Below, in pieces: positions 9,436-18,640 of a stretch of DNA of 32,261 bases (position 1 is its first letter; the number at the start of each line of letters is the position of its first letter). The notes beneath the pieces were generated by a model. It searched no databases. It was given only the letters and a program-made list of their open reading frames with translations, and was not told where the DNA came from. Made by a program: the position numbers and the translations under genes. Source of the stretch: an uncultured virus (IMG/VR IMGVR_UViG_2049941000_000847) (taxonomy: Duplodnaviria > Heunggongvirae > Uroviricota > Caudoviricetes); the IMG/VR virus record IMGVR_UViG_2049941000_000847; one strand, given 5' to 3'.

Positions 9436-9762
9436 ATGGAAGACAAGAAAGACACCAACCTGTGGGAAACTGACGACTTGAAAAAACTAAAACCAATGCT
9501 GCATAAAATGTGGAAAGAACGAGAAGAGGAACGCAGAAAGAGAGGAGAACTAGACGAACCAGAACCCACCGCATTGGCCAAGTCTTCGCTACCAACACGA
9601 GAAGAAATAGAAGAGCTGGACAGAATCGGTATTGCGGGTATCATGAAGAAGCGCGAACGGCAGGAACGGTGGGACGCCATTTGGTTTTGGGTCATGGTGT
9701 CGTTGAGCTCCGTTTGTGGCGGCGTCGTGGGCACCGTGCTTTACAGGTTGATATTTGGCTGA
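9436..9762 (+). CDS. tail-anchored membrane protein
   Basis: Charged body with C-terminal TM FWVMVSLSSVCGGVVGTVLY. Confidence 0.65.
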   Translation: MEDKKDTNLWETDDLKKLKPMLHKMWKEREEERRKRGELDEPEPTALAKSSLPTREEIEELDRIGIAGIMKKRERQERWDAIWFWVMVSLSSVCGGVVGTVLYRLIFG

Positions 9763-9792
9763 GGACAGGGTTTAGGAACAAGGAGCTGAGCA

Positions 9793-10143
9793 ATGAGAAA
9801 CCACGACCTTTACAAGCGTTTCGTAGACACCTACCGCCTGCTTTGCGATGACATCGACCGTTTGGACAAAGCGGATGTTTTGGGAAAGGAGATAGTCCTG
9901 GGAGACCTGGGTTGCGACCTGTCTTATTTGAGAGGCCTTATCGACGAGGTTTACGGCGAAGAAGAACCAGCGAATAACAACCGTGCGAGAAGGCTGGCCG
10001 AAATCAAGAAGAAGGATTGCAAAATCAAATACACCTGGACGGAAAGAATCCTGTTCTGGGTGGTTCTCCTTTTCGGCTGTATCGGCGGCGGGTTTGCGGG
10101 ACATATCGTCGGGAATTTCATCAAGACCTTGCTCGGACTATGA
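9793..10143 (+). CDS. tail-anchored membrane protein
   Basis: AAGGAG RBS; C-terminal TM FWVVLLFGCIGGGFAGHIV. Confidence 0.7.
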   Translation: MRNHDLYKRFVDTYRLLCDDIDRLDKADVLGKEIVLGDLGCDLSYLRGLIDEVYGEEEPANNNRARRLAEIKKKDCKIKYTWTERILFWVVLLFGCIGGGFAGHIVGNFIKTLLGL

Positions 10144-10160
10144 CAAACGGGAGAACCTAG

Positions 10161-10531
10161 ATGTCGAAGTGGCTTTACAGACNNNNNNNNNNGCAAAGGA
10201 CCCCGGAAACGGGCTTTGGTATAATTCCCGCAATGAGTATGTTTGGGGTTGCAAGGACTGCCAGGGCGAAGCGAAGAATCTGCCTATGGGATTTGACGAA
10301 AGGTATCATATAGACGGGAAGAATTGGTTTTCCTCTTGTTCCCGTGCCGAGGATTTACTGCATTGGTATAGCAAGGAAGATGCCGAGTTTCTCATGTCTA
10401 ACGGGTTCGTTTTCACACGGTATCTCGCAACCGATTTTCACGAGTTCGACAAGGAAACGGTGTTCTTGAAAGAAACCGCTTTGCAACGGGAAGAGATTGA
10501 TTTTCTGTCGCTTTTTCATCAGGGGCGTTGA
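10161..10531 (+). CDS. hypothetical protein (spans gap)
   Basis: MSKWLYR before the gap plausibly joins KDPGNGLWYN...GFVFTRY after it; GGAG RBS. Confidence 0.6.
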
Positions 10532-10533
10532 GA

Positions 10534-10929
10534 ATGGAACTGACAAAAGAAAACATGCTTGATACCATTTCCGGGATTGCAAAAGACCTGGATGGTGTTG
10601 TTGTGGGCAAAGACAATGACACACTTGCGATATGTAAGAACGGAGAACGACTAATTTCATTGAGTATCCCGATAGATTGCTACCCTTACATGCTGTCGGA
10701 ATACACGTTCCCAAATGGGAAGACTGAGAGAATTATATCCGTGACTTATTCGGTTTACTGCATGGAAATAGAAAGATTTTCCATGTTCTTGAAGCGTCTC
10801 ATATCAGTCTGCGATAAAGCCCATAGGAGCATTTCGGATTTCATCTTGGACAAATCGCGAACGGACAAAGAGATCGCCGATTTTATGCGTGACGTAAACA
10901 AAACGGCCGTAAAGGAGTATTGCGTATGA
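10534..10929 (+). CDS. hypothetical protein
   Basis: ORF continuing the operon. Confidence 0.65.
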   Translation: MELTKENMLDTISGIAKDLDGVVVGKDNDTLAICKNGERLISLSIPIDCYPYMLSEYTFPNGKTERIISVTYSVYCMEIERFSMFLKRLISVCDKAHRSISDFILDKSRTDKEIADFMRDVNKTAVKEYCV

Positions 10930-10972
10930 CAAACCTTGACCCCAGTGTAGTGTTTTTTGTAGGGGGTAGATA

Positions 10973-11269
10973 ATGACCCACGAAGAATACGAAACCAAGA
11001 CCACCTATCTCCAAGAACACCTCGACAAGTGGGGCGCTCAATACGGATTCGACGAACTTGGAAAGCTGGAAAAGGACGGAGTTGAGTTGTTGTATTATGT
11101 TTCCACGGACGAGTTCGACGAGGAAATAAACGCTATTCTGCACGCAAGGAAGGGCAACCAAGTTTCCACGTTCATCTTCACCTTCAACGACCAGAACAAG
11201 GAAATCGACATAGAGGAGATTTTCGGAAAGTTCACGACCGTGGCGAACCTCATGGGAGCGAAACTATGA
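10973..11269 (+). CDS. acidic hypothetical protein
   Basis: 98 aa, D/E-rich; G-rich RBS. Confidence 0.7.
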   Translation: MTHEEYETKTTYLQEHLDKWGAQYGFDELGKLEKDGVELLYYVSTDEFDEEINAILHARKGNQVSTFIFTFNDQNKEIDIEEIFGKFTTVANLMGAKL

Positions 11270-11469
11270 CAGCGAAGGAAGAACTGCTCGCCTGTTTAGA
11301 CCAAAAATATGGTTCCATCGAAAGCGAAGGTTGGAATATTTCGGAAGCCGTCAAAACGGACGACATCATGAGAGCACTTAAAGCGCTGGAAGCTATTCAT
11401 CAGTGCGTATATGACATGGAAAATTTGTTTTTCGAATACCTCGAGCAGAAAACCGAAGAGGAGAAATGA
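11266..11469 (+). CDS. hypothetical protein
   Basis: ATGA overlap, GGAG RBS. Confidence 0.65.
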   Translation: MTAKEELLACLDQKYGSIESEGWNISEAVKTDDIMRALKALEAIHQCVYDMENLFFEYLEQKTEEEK

Positions 11470-11570
11470 GAGATGACCGAACAAGAACTCTACAAGCCGG
11501 CTGAACAGAAGGTCGGGGACCGGTCGATCACGCAGAAGAGAACGGAGAAATTTGGAGAGGACCGCTAACC

Positions 11571-12104
11571 ATGAACAACACCAAAAACCAAACCGGACCA
11601 ATGTTCTTTTTCAAGAAAACCAGGAACGTAAAGACCCCTGAGAGGGCACATCCGACCGATGCCGGTTTGGACATCTTCGTGCCGGAGTTTGACGAGGAGA
11701 TGGCATCGACATTCGTCGCCATCAATCCGGACAATCTGTGCCAAATCTCACCAGAAGGCATTGTAGTCCCGCCAGGAGCATCTGTAAGGGTTCCGATGGG
11801 TATTCATGTTCGTATCCCGGACGGTTGTGCCATGATCTCGTTCAACAAGTCCAGCGTCGCGTCCAGAACTGGGTTCGTCCTCGGCGCTTGCGTCATTGAC
11901 AGCGGATACACGGGCGAAGTAATCGGCAACATGCTAAATACGTCAAACGATGTCAGAAAAATCTCGTTCGGGCAGAAGTTGTTCCAGTCGGTCATAATCC
12001 CGGTCCTTTTCCCCGCGGTAGAAGAGGTCGATGCGGAAACGTATTCCAATCTTCGTCATGAAGGTGACCGTGGCACCGGCGGATTTGGTAGCACAGGAAA
12101 GTAG
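11571..12104 (+). CDS. dut: trimeric dUTPase
   Basis: Motifs I-V: AGLDI, NKSS, VIDSGYTGEV, KLFQ, RGTGGFGSTG. Confidence 0.95.
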   Translation: MNNTKNQTGPMFFFKKTRNVKTPERAHPTDAGLDIFVPEFDEEMASTFVAINPDNLCQISPEGIVVPPGASVRVPMGIHVRIPDGCAMISFNKSSVASRTGFVLGACVIDSGYTGEVIGNMLNTSNDVRKISFGQKLFQSVIIPVLFPAVEEVDAETYSNLRHEGDRGTGGFGSTGK

Positions 12105-12111
12105 GAGAAGA

Positions 12112-12417
12112 ATGATGAAGAGACTTTTCATTTCCCAGCCAATGCGAGACCGAACCGACGAGGAAATCCAGGCCGAGCGCGACAGAATCCTGGAGGAAGT
12201 CAGGGAGAAATACCCGGACGTTGAACCCATCCATTCGTTCTTTCAAGGCGCCAGCAACATGAGCCCGATCGAGTGCCTGGCCGAAGCCCTGAAGCGAATG
12301 GAGGGGGCCGACATCATCTACTTCGCCCCTGGGTGGAACACCGCTCGCGGATGCGTAGTCGAGCATTATGTGGCCGAGCTGTATTTGACGACCGCCATCA
12401 AGATAGAACGGTTCTGA
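12112..12417 (+). CDS. DUF4406 / nucleoside 2-deoxyribosyltransferase-like protein
   Basis: KRLFISQPM...ADIIYFAPGWNTARGCVVEHYVA signature; AGGAG RBS. Confidence 0.8.
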   Translation: MMKRLFISQPMRDRTDEEIQAERDRILEEVREKYPDVEPIHSFFQGASNMSPIECLAEALKRMEGADIIYFAPGWNTARGCVVEHYVAELYLTTAIKIERF

Positions 12418-12486
12418 GGTATCGCATGAGCCAGGATACAAAGATACTCGTAAGCTATTTTATAACTAATACCAAACGTGATTGCA

Positions 12487-12497
12487 ATTATAAACCA
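12487..12497 (+). promoter_or_regulatory. putative late promoter ATTATAAACCA
   Basis: 10/11 match to the two minus-strand boxes, 23 nt before the ATG at 12521. Confidence 0.55.
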
Positions 12498-12520
12498 CAT
12501 CAGAAAACGATAGGTTAATC

Positions 12521-13485
12521 ATGAAGACAAAGCAGGGTGATAACTCGCTGAACGAGATGGCAATCAATCGAGATAAATGGAAAGAGTCCGTCGGCGGAGA
12601 GTTCGAGAAAATAGTTTCGCATATCGGGGCAATTATTTACAATTATCTCGATGAAACCGTTTCCAACGAGGGTACGCGTAATGATTGGGCGCGCGAAATC
12701 GCGACATTTATCAGAAACTCGTCGAGAGATGACATTAAAGAAGGAAACTCAATCGATTATAGACGCAAAGCCGTCAAGGAAGAGTATACTCAAAAGAAAT
12801 ACGATGATGAAAATGTGATTCGAACGATCATCAAAAAGAAAATCAAAAGGTATGACGGGTATAAAAACAAAGCCATATTGGATAGGTGGAGCTCCAAAGG
12901 GGCATCCACNNNNNNNNNNCAGTAATCGAATTGATTGCCAAAAACGTAAACATAAAGAACCCGAAGAGGGGAATGATCGGTGGATTTCAAAAAGAAGGTG
13001 AACTGTTAGAGTTCTCAAAAGATCTAGCAACAACCGGAAAATATATAGTTGAATCGGTTGACTCAATTCATTCTGGAGACGTTGATATCATTAGAGAACT
13101 GAATTACATAATGGATGCTATCATGACATTTTCGTATCGAAGAAATGCGAAGGACATGACAGGAGTTAAGGTCAATTTTGGTAAACGCATGAGAGATCTC
13201 AAAAGAGGGCTCGAAACGGTTAGAAAGATGGGCCTTGGTTCCGACTTTTTTAAACGCGAGATAATACGGGAAACAATAAAGGACAGTGAATTTGACGACA
13301 AGCAAAGGACTGATTGGGCGTTCGCTCAGCTGGCACCACTTAATGGAATGACAGATACTGACACCATCATGAAGGCAACAGACGAGTTCATAAATCTGCT
13401 CCCGGAGATAACCGAGTTGATGACAACCGGAACTGAAGAGGATATTCAGAAGTTTTGCGACAAGGTTTCCAGGGAACGGAGCTAG
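12521..13485 (+). CDS. probable virion-associated protein (two ORF pieces joined across gap 12910-12919)
   Basis: Continuous coding on both sides of the gap; N-terminal LNEMA and internal IVES resemble prohead-protease sites; late-type box upstream. Confidence 0.55.
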
Positions 13486-13520
13486 ATAAAAGAATTAGGA
13501 CTCATATACATAGTTCCACC

Positions 13521-13536
13521 AAAAATACTATATTAT
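13521..13536 (+). promoter_or_regulatory. recurrent phage promoter motif AAAAATACTATATTAT
   Basis: Motif copy; 13521-13546 matches 8707-8732 at 25 of 26 positions. Confidence 0.75.
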
Positions 13537-13543
13537 ATACAGC

Positions 13544-13708
13544 ATGGTGATAACGAAGGGCATTGAGATCAGGCTCTATCCAAGTAAAGGACAGAGAACA
13601 ATGATCAACAAGAATATAGACGGTGCCCGTTTCGCCATAATGTCATGCTTCGCGTCAAAGAAGAACTATATCGAGAATACGGAATCAATTTCGATCCAAA
13701 ATATATAA
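13544..13708 (+). pseudogene. tnpB: frameshifted, truncated TnpB (IS200/IS605 OrfB) N-terminal remnant
   Basis: MVITKGIEIRLYPSKGQRTMINKNIDGARFA; restoring one base near 13636 gives YNVMLRVKEELYREYG, completing the RLYP...RFxYN HTH_OrfB_IS605 pattern. No RuvC or Zn-finger part follows. Confidence 0.7.
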
Positions 13709-13725
13709 ATCCAAGGATGGTACAC

Positions 13726-14166
13726 ATGACGAATTTCGAAAAGTGGAAGAATTCCATCGCGGCGAAGGATCTCACCGACACTAAGCACAGGTGTGCGTGT
13801 TTTCTCGACGGAGCATGCCGCTTTTGTCCGGCCGACAAGTTTTGCCCGAAGGGCAGCTCAGACGGTTCTACCTGCGCTGACATATTTTTAAAGTGGGCGA
13901 ATGCCGATGCTGATGAGGGGATCTGTGGCATTGACCATGGTGATCAGAATGGCGACGAGAGAGTCGTCGTCACGAGGTTTGACGGTGATGTCGTTTCCAA
14001 CGAAACGGTCCGGGAAAAAGACAATGACGGTGCAAACGAAGTTTCCGGTGTAGACGGGTGGTACGACGAACTTCTAGCTTTGGCGAAAAAGGATCGAGAT
14101 CTCGCACACATCATGCGCCTGGAACGCGAGATGCGGGAAAGAGACGAAGCTGGGAGCGCGAAATGA
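13726..14166 (+). CDS. MTNFEKW-family Cys-rich protein with acidic C-terminal extension
   Basis: MTNFEKWK..CRFCPADKFC..C..FLKWANAD; AAGGA RBS supports the 13726 start. Confidence 0.75.
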   Translation: MTNFEKWKNSIAAKDLTDTKHRCACFLDGACRFCPADKFCPKGSSDGSTCADIFLKWANADADEGICGIDHGDQNGDERVVVTRFDGDVVSNETVREKDNDGANEVSGVDGWYDELLALAKKDRDLAHIMRLEREMRERDEAGSAK

Positions 14167-14363
14167 CGAACTTCGAGAAATGGAAGGCCGGGCTTACGGC
14201 AGAAAAAATGCTAAACGCCGTCAAGCGAGTACAGAAAGTTGGACGAAGCAGCCGTTTTTGTTGCTTCTGCCCGGCTCAATATTCGTGTTCCGCCGTAAAT
14301 GACGAAGAGTGCAACGAACATATAATGGCTTGGGCGAACGCCGAGGCCAAGGAGAAGCGATGA
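14163..14363 (+). CDS. MTNFEKW-family Cys-rich small protein
   Basis: MTNFEKWK..CCFCPAQYSC..C..MAWANAE; ATGA overlap. Confidence 0.8.
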   Translation: MTNFEKWKAGLTAEKMLNAVKRVQKVGRSSRFCCFCPAQYSCSAVNDEECNEHIMAWANAEAKEKR

Positions 14364-14599
14364 GCGTTACAAATCAAGACAACCAAAAGATAAACGAACT
14401 GGTTTCGCTCATCCAGCAGCTGGTTTTGCAGATCGAACGCGTTTCCGACAGCGACCACGAACGCGCGAAGAATCTTCTTGCCAAACTCGATGATTGCATC
14501 GACTGTCTGGAGGGGTTCGAGGTGTTCCGCGGTTGCATGAGCCTTCGCATGCTTCGAGACAACATGAACGAGGTGCGCGACAGACTGAACGACGGGTGA
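14360..14599 (+). CDS. hypothetical protein
   Basis: ATGA overlap, AAGGAG RBS. Confidence 0.65.
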   Translation: MSVTNQDNQKINELVSLIQQLVLQIERVSDSDHERAKNLLAKLDDCIDCLEGFEVFRGCMSLRMLRDNMNEVRDRLNDG

Positions 14600-15021
14600 T
14601 GGGAATGGGAATCAAGGTAAAGGACGACAGACTCGATTGGTCGGCTCCGTGCCCGATATGCGACGCGCGTATCTGGGAAAACGACCGCAAGGTGACGAAG
14701 ACCGAGGACGGTGTTCTGAAATATCGCTGCCCCGGTTGCAAGCACATCGTGTTCCGCGGTCCTGTAAACGATTTCTTTTTCGCCTGGGACCCATATGCCA
14801 AGGAGGAAATCCAAGGCGAACCCGGCGAGGTGTGCGAACGCGATGTCTCCATCATCATGTTTGTGATCCGCTGGATAATGAAGATTGTTTTAGTGTTGCT
14901 TGACCGAAGGAACAACCGGAAGTACAAGCGCATGCGAGAGGACAAAAAACTGTTCGATGAAGCTAGGGTTCGCAGGATTCGTAGAATCAGAGCAAATCTT
15001 GAAAACGAGGGGAGCAACTGA
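14599..15021 (+). CDS. Zn-ribbon-containing hypothetical protein
   Basis: CPIC...CPGC pair, then a hydrophobic stretch and basic tail. Confidence 0.6.
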   Translation: MGMGIKVKDDRLDWSAPCPICDARIWENDRKVTKTEDGVLKYRCPGCKHIVFRGPVNDFFFAWDPYAKEEIQGEPGEVCERDVSIIMFVIRWIMKIVLVLLDRRNNRKYKRMREDKKLFDEARVRRIRRIRANLENEGSN

Positions 15022-15185
15022 TGCTCATTGCCATTTTTGTACTTCTTATTCTCATTTTCTCCGCCGTCTGCATCTTTGGTTGGCACATATTCGACACGCT
15101 GGTCGATATCTTCGGAGTCCTTGTCGACATCCTGGACATCATGTGGGAGCGCAAGCTGAAGGAATATAAGGAGAACGACAAATGA
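15021..15185 (+). CDS. small membrane protein (54 aa, below the ORF-track cutoff)
   Basis: MLIAIFVLLILIFSAVCIFGW...; TGATG and ATGA overlaps with both neighbours; GGAG RBS. Confidence 0.65.
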   Translation: MLIAIFVLLILIFSAVCIFGWHIFDTLVDIFGVLVDILDIMWERKLKEYKENDK

Positions 15186-15595
15186 TTGACCATGTTGTTC
15201 AGTTTGACATCGCCACAGGAGAAAAAATCTGTGGTCTAAGCAGGGAGGCGCTGACGGAAGCTCTTTGCTGGGCATACGAACATCCATATGACGTTGANNN
15301 NNNNNNNCAGAAAAAGTTCATGGACATGATGACCCCGCCGCCGGAAGCAAAAAAGCGGAGCAACGGAAACGGCGCCGCCGGCAAGTACTGCATTCTCGTT
15401 CAGTGGTGCGACGGGACGCTTTACAGGGATTTGAGTAGGACAGCGGACACGCCGGACGAGCTTGTCAAGATGCTTACATGGGATGAGAGGCGTTTTGCCG
15501 ACATCAAAATCCACTACGCCGAGGTTTCCAACGAGGCGTACCCAGTGCTTGGTTCGGACAGGAGAACAAGGGAATGGTTGAGGAGAGACCGATGA
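15182..15595 (+). CDS. hypothetical protein (spans gap)
   Basis: AAGGAG RBS, coupled start and stop. Confidence 0.55.
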   Translation: MIDHVVQFDIATGEKICGLSREALTEALCWAYEHPYDVXXXXQKKFMDMMTPPPEAKKRSNGNGAAGKYCILVQWCDGTLYRDLSRTADTPDELVKMLTWDERRFADIKIHYAEVSNEAYPVLGSDRRTREWLRRDR

Positions 15596-15777
15596 CCGGT
15601 GACGATGGGTACATGATCCGCGTCGAGATACCTGGCACGAACCGCGCCATTGGCATCAGTATGCAGCTTCTCGACCATTTCCCGGCAAATGACATCTGGA
15701 AAGAGGTCGTGGATTTTTCCAGAGACCCAGATGGATATGTGCCTGGCATTTGGATCGATGTTGAACGCATGAAATAG
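15592..15777 (+). CDS. hypothetical protein
   Basis: GAGGAG RBS, ATGA overlap. Confidence 0.6.
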   Translation: MTGDDGYMIRVEIPGTNRAIGISMQLLDHFPANDIWKEVVDFSRDPDGYVPGIWIDVERMK

Positions 15778-15798
15778 TGTAGGATCGCATCCGATCCG

Positions 15799-15814
15799 GA
15801 AAATACTATATTGT
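15799..15814 (+). promoter_or_regulatory. recurrent phage promoter motif GAAAATACTATATTGT
   Basis: Intergenic motif copy 14 nt before the ATG at 15829. Confidence 0.7.
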
Positions 15815-15828
15815 TGGAAAGGCGTCAC

Positions 15829-16272
15829 ATGAAAACACAAGAAGAACTTGTCAAAGAGATGGAGAATAGAAACGAGGCAAGCGCAATATACCGCGCCCTG
15901 CCGATGGTGGACTACGCGCTCATCGAGGTGCACAGAGTTGCTGACGCGTTGGGTGTCCTCGAAAAGGACGTTGACGGCCGCAATGCACAACATCCTGTGA
16001 ACTCGGCTTTGGTCCACATAGCAAAGGCCCAATCTCTTCTTAGAGACCACGCAGACAAGCTGGTTGGAATTGTTCGGTCCACCGGAGAAGAGAATAAGCA
16101 GTCTGGAGTAGAAACAATTACAATTAATCCGTACCGTGAATGGCATTGCCCGAAGTGCGGGTCCATCATAATCGCCGCGCACACGTACAAGAATGACGAG
16201 ATGGTATGCAGCTGCGGAGAAAAGATCGACCCGTTCTACTCGGTTCCTTGCAACAATAGGGGATGCCGATGA
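15829..16272 (+). CDS. helical protein with C-terminal Zn ribbon
   Basis: WHCPKCG...CSCG. Confidence 0.7.
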   Translation: MKTQEELVKEMENRNEASAIYRALPMVDYALIEVHRVADALGVLEKDVDGRNAQHPVNSALVHIAKAQSLLRDHADKLVGIVRSTGEENKQSGVETITINPYREWHCPKCGSIIIAAHTYKNDEMVCSCGEKIDPFYSVPCNNRGCR

Positions 16273-16497
16273 AAAACTGGAAGAAATGGATCAAAAGTCT
16301 TGACATAGAGCNNNNNNNNNNCGAACACAGACGCTTTCCGCGATCCGGGCGATTCGGTCTGCGCTCGTTGTCCGGCGCAAAGCACTTGTCCGTTGTATCA
16401 CAACGACCTTAGCAATGAGGAGAGAACTGTCGAACAGGTGTGCAATGAACATTTCGTCAAATGGTCAATGGGAGAAGCGGAGGAAACGAAATGCTGA
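16269..16497 (+). CDS. MTNFEKW-family Cys-rich small protein (spans gap; absent from the ORF track)
   Basis: MKNWKKWIKSLDIE-[gap]-..CARCPAQSTC..VCNEHFVKWSMGEAEETKC*. Confidence 0.7.
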
Positions 16498-16868
16498 CCT
16501 ACATAAACTTCAAAGAAGATGGAAAGTTCGAGTATAATGATGGATTCTCGTGCGGTTTGTTTTACCGCATTCCCACACGTGAAACCATCCTGCACCATTG
16601 TTCCGACGATTGGCGTGACGAGCGAGATGTTTGGATTGGGAACAGGAAGGATTCCAAGGCGAGGTATGTGCGAGACCAATGGATTAAGTTTTTGGAAGAA
16701 TTTGAATCGGGCGATGTGAAGCATGGAGTGCGGCTTGGTTGGTTCGATGAGAGCGAGGGCAAGGTTGTTGCCGAGATTGAGAAGTTCCGTGCCGCTCTAC
16801 GCAAGATTGGCTACGATGTCGATGACAGAATCGTGGAGGAGATTTTCAAGCTGGAGGGCGAGAAATGA
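16491..16868 (+). CDS. hypothetical protein
   Basis: GGAGG RBS before the ATG at 16491. Confidence 0.7.
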   Translation: MLTYINFKEDGKFEYNDGFSCGLFYRIPTRETILHHCSDDWRDERDVWIGNRKDSKARYVRDQWIKFLEEFESGDVKHGVRLGWFDESEGKVVAEIEKFRAALRKIGYDVDDRIVEEIFKLEGEK

Positions 16869-16979
16869 ACNNNNNNNNNNCGTTGCCGAGATTGAGAAGT
16901 TCCGTGCCGCTCTATGCAAGATTGGCTACGATGTTGATGACAGAATCGTGGAGGAGATTTTCAAGCTGGAGGGCGAGAA

Positions 16980-17375
16980 ATGAACCTTGAACAGATTGCC
17001 GCTACTTTGGGAGCAGAAGAAAAAGCTAGGCGCATGCGCGAAGAAAAAGAAAAGCGTCGGCAAGAAAAAGAGGAATTGAGGAAGCGCAAAAAAATCCTTG
17101 AAGCGAAAGAAAACCTTTGTCTGCGTTTTCGCAAACACGACAATCTCTTCGGATGCGTTTGCGATGGCCGTTGTCCGCTAGCGCAGATAAAGGTTTCGGG
17201 AAGCGGTGGATATGAATGTGCTGAAATCCACGATAGGGACTTCACAACGAACTACCTCTACGATGCGATTACCACGGACGGCTGGACGCCGCCGGACGAC
17301 TGGAAACGTCCAGAACACAGAGAGATTTGCCGCTCGTTTTACTCCAACATGAAAAACAAGGAGGAAACCAAATGA
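16980..17375 (+). CDS. hypothetical protein (charged helix plus Cys cluster)
   Basis: C..CxCxxxCPL..C pattern; coupled stop. Confidence 0.65.
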   Translation: MNLEQIAATLGAEEKARRMREEKEKRRQEKEELRKRKKILEAKENLCLRFRKHDNLFGCVCDGRCPLAQIKVSGSGGYECAEIHDRDFTTNYLYDAITTDGWTPPDDWKRPEHREICRSFYSNMKNKEETK

Positions 17376-17752
17376 CAGATTACAAGAAAGTGTATGAAGA
17401 TTTGAAGGCGTTTATCATAGGCCAAGCCGATGAACTGCCGAAAGACAAGTATAAGTATGAATGGTATGAGAACGGCGGACAACACAAAGAGTTCACGATA
17501 CTTCTGGGATTTGTGGGTGAAGCATCCAATATCTATAATTGTCGTATAGAGCTGATTCATAAAAAGCACTATTCCCCTGATTGGAGTCCGGAACCTTTTC
17601 CAGACACAGAACATGTATTGCTGAGGTGGGAGGACAAAGACGACAGTGCAGTTATGGCCAAAAATGAAAAAGAAGAAAAGAGGCAGGTGGACAAAATGAA
17701 GAAAAATTTGAGAGAAATGTTCAAAGGTTTCAAACTTTCGGAGAATAAGTGA
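17372..17752 (+). CDS. hypothetical protein
   Basis: AAGGAGG RBS, ATGA overlap. Confidence 0.7.
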   Translation: MTDYKKVYEDLKAFIIGQADELPKDKYKYEWYENGGQHKEFTILLGFVGEASNIYNCRIELIHKKHYSPDWSPEPFPDTEHVLLRWEDKDDSAVMAKNEKEEKRQVDKMKKNLREMFKGFKLSENK

Positions 17753-18210
17753 GTATGTTAAACACATTGAAGAATCTGTTTTCTCGCGCCACGCCACAAG
17801 AGGAAAAAGAACCGAAAAGATTCACTCTAGGCGCTTCGTATTTGATGTTCTCGTCCTACAGAAAAACGCTCGACAGCATCAAGACCTTCGTTGTTGATAG
17901 TGGTTTCAAGGAAACGTACCATAGGGTTTATGGAAATGAGATGCTTATCAACGAACATGACGAAACCTGGTATGAACTAGGAGACATTCACTTCATACTG
18001 GATGGAATTTTAAGCGGATATGCAATGCCCGGCAGTCAATATCCGTCCATTTTTGTTTTGATACACCGCGGGAACATCGTTGAAGGGCCGTATAAAGAGC
18101 TCTTCAACAGAAACTTTGAGTTCAATCTTAGCACATTTGATTATGGTGAATTGTTTTGTGCTGGCATCAAAAAGGCGGTAGAAGAAGCCATGAAGGAGGA
18201 AACAAAATGA
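17749..18210 (+). CDS. hypothetical protein
   Basis: GTGA overlap; ends EETK, which encodes the next RBS. Confidence 0.7.
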   Translation: MSMLNTLKNLFSRATPQEEKEPKRFTLGASYLMFSSYRKTLDSIKTFVVDSGFKETYHRVYGNEMLINEHDETWYELGDIHFILDGILSGYAMPGSQYPSIFVLIHRGNIVEGPYKELFNRNFEFNLSTFDYGELFCAGIKKAVEEAMKEETK

Positions 18211-18431
18211 AAAACAAGAACGACAAAGAAATGCATCTTTCTTGGATGTGCAAAAAGTGCAAATGCTACACTAAATCGTTGTCTTGCCGTGCACCGAAGT
18301 GTCCCATTTGCCAAAGCGACATGAGCGGCATTGATCGCAGTAAAGATTGGGAGAAATGGGTGGAATGGAGGAAGGAACACGAGTTCTTTCTGTATGTCCC
18401 TGAAAGCAAGATGTATAGGAGAAAGAAATGA
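18207..18431 (+). CDS. small Zn-ribbon protein
   Basis: CKKC...CPIC; AAGGAGG RBS. Confidence 0.7.
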   Translation: MKNKNDKEMHLSWMCKKCKCYTKSLSCRAPKCPICQSDMSGIDRSKDWEKWVEWRKEHEFFLYVPESKMYRRKK

Positions 18432-18640
18432 CGAATTGGGAGGAATATAGAAACGACAGTCTTTCCGTTGATAATTTCGCGGAACTTGTCGAGGAGCATC
18501 ATCGTATTTGTGGAGAGAACTGCTGCAAGAGGTTCTGTCCTCTTCGCAATTGCGGAATGGAAAAATACTTGGATGCTGACTGCAAAGAACAAATCGTCGA
18601 ATGGGGGAACTGGCCAACTCCAACATTGGAGGATGAATGA
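18428..18640 (+). CDS. MTNFEKW-family Cys-rich small protein
   Basis: MTNWEEYR..CCKRFCPLRNC..CKEQIVEWGN. Confidence 0.75.
   Translation: MTNWEEYRNDSLSVDNFAELVEEHHRICGENCCKRFCPLRNCGMEKYLDADCKEQIVEWGNWPTPTLEDE

Noticed and set aside
16881..16985. Tandem duplication of the 3' end of ORF 16491-16868
   Set aside because: Abuts a 10-N gap and differs by about two SNPs; a strain bubble or overlap artefact
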